Assembly: GCF_009914755.1 (NCBI RefSeq)
Contig: NC_060933.1
Reading direction: 5' to 3' (one strand)
DNA length: 64,000 bases
From: the human T2T-CHM13v2.0 reference genome, Homo sapiens
Every line of letters begins with the position of its first letter. The stretch's first letter is position 1. Positions 60,426-64,000 of the stretch are shown here, piece after piece. Both the position numbers and the translations under genes were made by a program. Below the pieces are notes generated by a model. The model was not told where the DNA came from and did not search any database. It was given only the letters and a program-made list of their open reading frames with translations.

Positions 60426-62524
60426 TATCTGATCTCATTAGGTTCTCACAGCCATTATGGTAATGGGCTTCTGATCCCTAGGGGAGCCCAAGGCAGGAGA
60501 GAGAGAGGAATGGGCCCCATGAGGTTGTCTGAGAATGACCTGCTGACAATCAGACTGGTGCCCACAAAGTGGCAATTACCCTGGTGAGGCTGCCAGGGTT
60601 CGGGTTGTTGCCATGGTAAGGGCTGGCGGCCCCCAGCTCTGTGAGTTCAGAACCAGCCCACTGAGAATGAGAGCAACACAGCTGCACTTGACTGGGTCCT
60701 GCCTCTGTGCCAAGCACATGCTCAGTGATGTCAAAGAGTCTGTGGGTGGGAGCTGTCATCACCTTACTGTATGGATGGGGACATGGCGGTTCAGGGAGCT
60801 TCCCTGACTTGCCCAGGGCAACACAGCTTACAGGGACTAGAGGTAGAACATGAACCCAGTTCTGTCTGGCTCCAGGACTTGGCATCACACCAAGCAACTC
60901 AGAGACATGGCATCTATATTTATAAACCTGATGCCAAGGGATCCATTTCCAGTGAGGAATGTACCCCCATGTGATCTGGAATGCTCCAGGGCTTTGGGAG
61001 GATGTTTTGCTCCCTGTAGCCAACTTGTCACAGGGTTGCTTGGTGACCCTGGAATTGGAGTGATGAGAGTGAGTTTCCTTCTTTCAAGGCACAGTGGTCA
61101 GGAGGACACACCTGGTGGAGCCAGCCTGCGTCTCAGCTCTGACACTTGCCGGCCATGTGAACAGGGACAAGCTGCTTAATCTCATTGTTCCTCTGTTTCC
61201 TCATCCAGGAAACACAGAAGATGCAAATGGCAGAGTCCCTCCTAAGGCCATTTAGGAGGACGAGGGCATCAGGTTCCCATGCCAGGCTGGGCGAGGAGGC
61301 CACTCACGTCCGTGGAGGGGCTCACTGTACCAAGAGGTCAGGAGATGGAGACACTTCTGGGCAATCTTGGCTCCGCAACATCTCCTTGTCCTTCCCTTTC
61401 CCGGACACCAGATCTAGTCTAGTTGGTTTATTATCTTTTCTAACAGAATCTAATCCAATGACTTTTGATTGTCCCCCATGGGGTTTTGGAAACCAGGCTC
61501 TACACTCGCGCATTCTCCTGGTCCACTTAGATGGCTCATCTCTTCCTTTTGTGGGTGGATTTTGGTAACTAGAAGATTCTCTCCTTGTTCTTTCCCCTCC
61601 TCCTCCCATTAGAATGTAAGTTTGCTGAGGGCAGGAGTGTGACCCTCTTGTTAACGATTGAATCTGCAGCGAGTGTCTGCTTGGATTAGCTTGAGGTCAT
61701 GATGCAAATGAAAAGGGTTGGACTGGAATCCAGATCTCAGGGCTCCCAAGAAGATCTTCTCGGTCCCCCATCCCTCCCTTCCTTCATACACCGCGCCAGA
61801 TGCCCGGTTTCCAGCAGGGAAAAGACAGACACTCACCCTCTGCCTTGATGGGTTTCTTTCCTCCCATGCCAGTGCCTCCTTGGAAGCCTCCTGTTAATCA
61901 CCCCAGTGTGCTCAGTTCTTTTCAGCCTCCAGGTTTTTGTCCTGCTGTTTCCTCCCCTGGAGCCGCCTTCTCCCTGCTCTGTGTGCTGGCTCCTCCTGGG
62001 GAGCCTGTCCACACCTGCCTCCCTGCGATGGCTGTTGTTCTGTTTCCCCTGCTCACTGCCCTGTCAGTCACAATCTGCTCACACAGGTTTGCTTGCTTGT
62101 TATCCACGCCCCCACTAAGCTTAAAGCCTCGCAAGGGCAGCAACTCTGTAGTCGTATTTACAGCGATGTCTACATGGACTCTGAGCTTGAAAACCACCTG
62201 GTGATTGAAAGAATGAAGGACTCTGCTTTCTAGTAGGTGAATGACTCTTTGTCAAAGGATTACACAAAAAACAAACAATGATGCAGTGAGGTAACTGCTG
62301 TGAAGGGAGTTTACAGTGTGCACGAGGGCACAACACACTGGGGCTGACCTCTGCTGGGTCTTGCATGGAGGCACACACAACCCTGTGGGGTAGGAGCTGG
62401 CGTTGCTTCCTCAGAGAAGCATCCCTGATACCCCAGATGAGTGCAGGCCTCCCTGTCATGTGGCTTGACAGCTCCCTGTACTTTCCCTACAGCACTTATT
62501 GCAACGATACACATTTATACAATT

Positions 62525-63125
62525 AGTTTTATTTTCATTGTGCTGAAACGTGCATAAAATTTGCTATTTGTGACGTTCGGTACATTCACAGTGTTGCTCA
62601 ACCATCACTGCTATCTAGTTCCAGAAATTTTCATCATCTCAAAAGGAAACCCCATACACTTTAAACGGTCACTCCCCATCCTCCATACCCCGGGAAACAC
62701 TCATCTTTCTGTGTCTATGATTTGCCTATTCTAGATATTTCTTATAAATAAGATGTAATTAGTTAAAAATGTTTTCCCCCCACAGCCATAAAAAAGAATG
62801 AAATCACATCTTCTGCAGCAACATGGATGGAGCTGGAGGCCATTATCCTAAGTGAAATGACTCAGAAACAGAAAATCAAATACCGTGTGTTCTCACTTAT
62901 AAGTGGGAGCTAAACAATGGTTACTCATGGACATAAAGAGGGAAATAATAGACACTGGTGACTCCAAAATCCAGAAGGGTGGGAGGAGGGTGAGGGTTGA
63001 AAAATTACCTATTAGATGCAATGTTTACTATTCGGGTGATGGGTTCACCAGAAGCCCAACCTCACCATTACACAATATATCCATGTAACCTGTACATGTG
63101 CCCCCTGAAACTATAAAAAACAAAA
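62525..63125. mobile_element. L1MB 3' fragment (minus, 62525-62750) and L1PB/MA 3' fragment (plus, 62780-63125)
   Basis: ccagaaattttcatcatctcaaaaggaaacccc; cagccataaaaaagaatgaaatc...catggatggagctggaggccattatcctaagtgaa. Confidence 0.8.
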
Positions 63126-64000
63126 ACCAGTGGAGGAAAATATTTTCTTCCTCTCTTTTCGTCTCCCTCAGGGTAAGAATTGTAGGATTTGTGTCTGTCT
63201 GGCTTACTTTCGCCCAGTCCTGGCACAGAGGCTGGCATGTGCTCTATGCCCCCCAAACAGTGGTGGCATGATGGAAGAACATTTTCTCACTGCACGTCTG
63301 CAAGCTCACTGGATGAAAACGGTGTGACTTATAGGATACAGGAGTCAGCGTGCTTGGGTACAGTTCCTCCAAATGCCTCTTGCTAGATCAAGTATTACCT
63401 TAGTCTTGTTATTAAACACCTTGGCACATCAATTTCCTCATCAATGAATTGGGGAGAGTTGTAATGCCTGCCTCCTTCGGGTAACACGAGGACAACTGAC
63501 ACTCTATCTGCACAAGTGCCTGTTGCAGCAGCTGGCCCAGAGCAGGCTCTCAGGATCACTAGCTATTATTATATTCCTTGTGCTTTTCAACCCCAAGTTC
63601 TGGACTGGGTCATATACAGAGTCTATGGCAAATGCACGTTAGTTTGAATGATGCCTAAAAGGGTTTAAAAATTAGGCAGGTGGATGCCTAGGTCAAAACT
63701 GAAGAGAGTTCAGTTGGGATGATGATAAAGAAGAGACTTCTCCCATGAGATTTTGTTCAGTTGTGCTGCAACACCAGTATCTCAGAGACTTACAACACTG
63801 CGAGTGTGTTTGGCTCACTCTGTAGGTCCCTGTGGGCCAACTGTGGCTCTGCTCCATGGGCTTTTTATTCTGAGATCCAGGCTGAGGATGCAGCTCTCAT
63901 CTGGGCTGTGCTGCTCCTGTCGCATGGCAGAGGGGAGTGACAGGGTTGGCTCCAAGACTCCTGCTCCCGTGTTGCATACATCACTACTGCTTATATCCTG

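Noticed and set aside
60607-60620. X-box-like gttgccatggtaag
   Set aside because: Isolated motif with a mismatch and no supporting context

Overview
Human, Alu-rich genomic DNA; a human-specific AluYb8-type insertion is present. The one protein-coding gene I can reconstruct lies on the minus strand (about 6.85-22.5 kb). It has five exons, the first non-coding, and gives a 363-nt CDS encoding a 120-aa protein (MAAHQNLILKIFCLCCRDCQEPY...RYCQERWPFQPCLTGRP). I recognise this as TEX48 (9q32, from recall). A diverged ~500-bp copy of its promoter and first exon sits at ~2.7-3.2 kb and probably serves a paralog left of the window (TEX53, from recall). TEX48 intron 1 holds a decayed ERV1-class env relic with a 3' LTR. 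The rest is intergenic: a 5'-truncated RPL7 processed pseudogene, many Alus, L1 fragments, MaLR/ERVL/ERV1 LTRs, hAT transposons and microsatellites. The most notable unexplained structures are (1) a ~235-bp inverted duplication at 39.4-40.2 kb whose two arms each keep a consensus SOX-OCT composite element, next to a further octamer/SOX/TCF cluster, (2) an 80-nt near-perfect hairpin ~1 kb upstream of TEX48 exon 1, (3) an RFX X-box in the intronic LTR, and (4) a 37-bp templated insertion copied from 2 kb away. Repeat subfamily names and boundaries are by eye and approximate.
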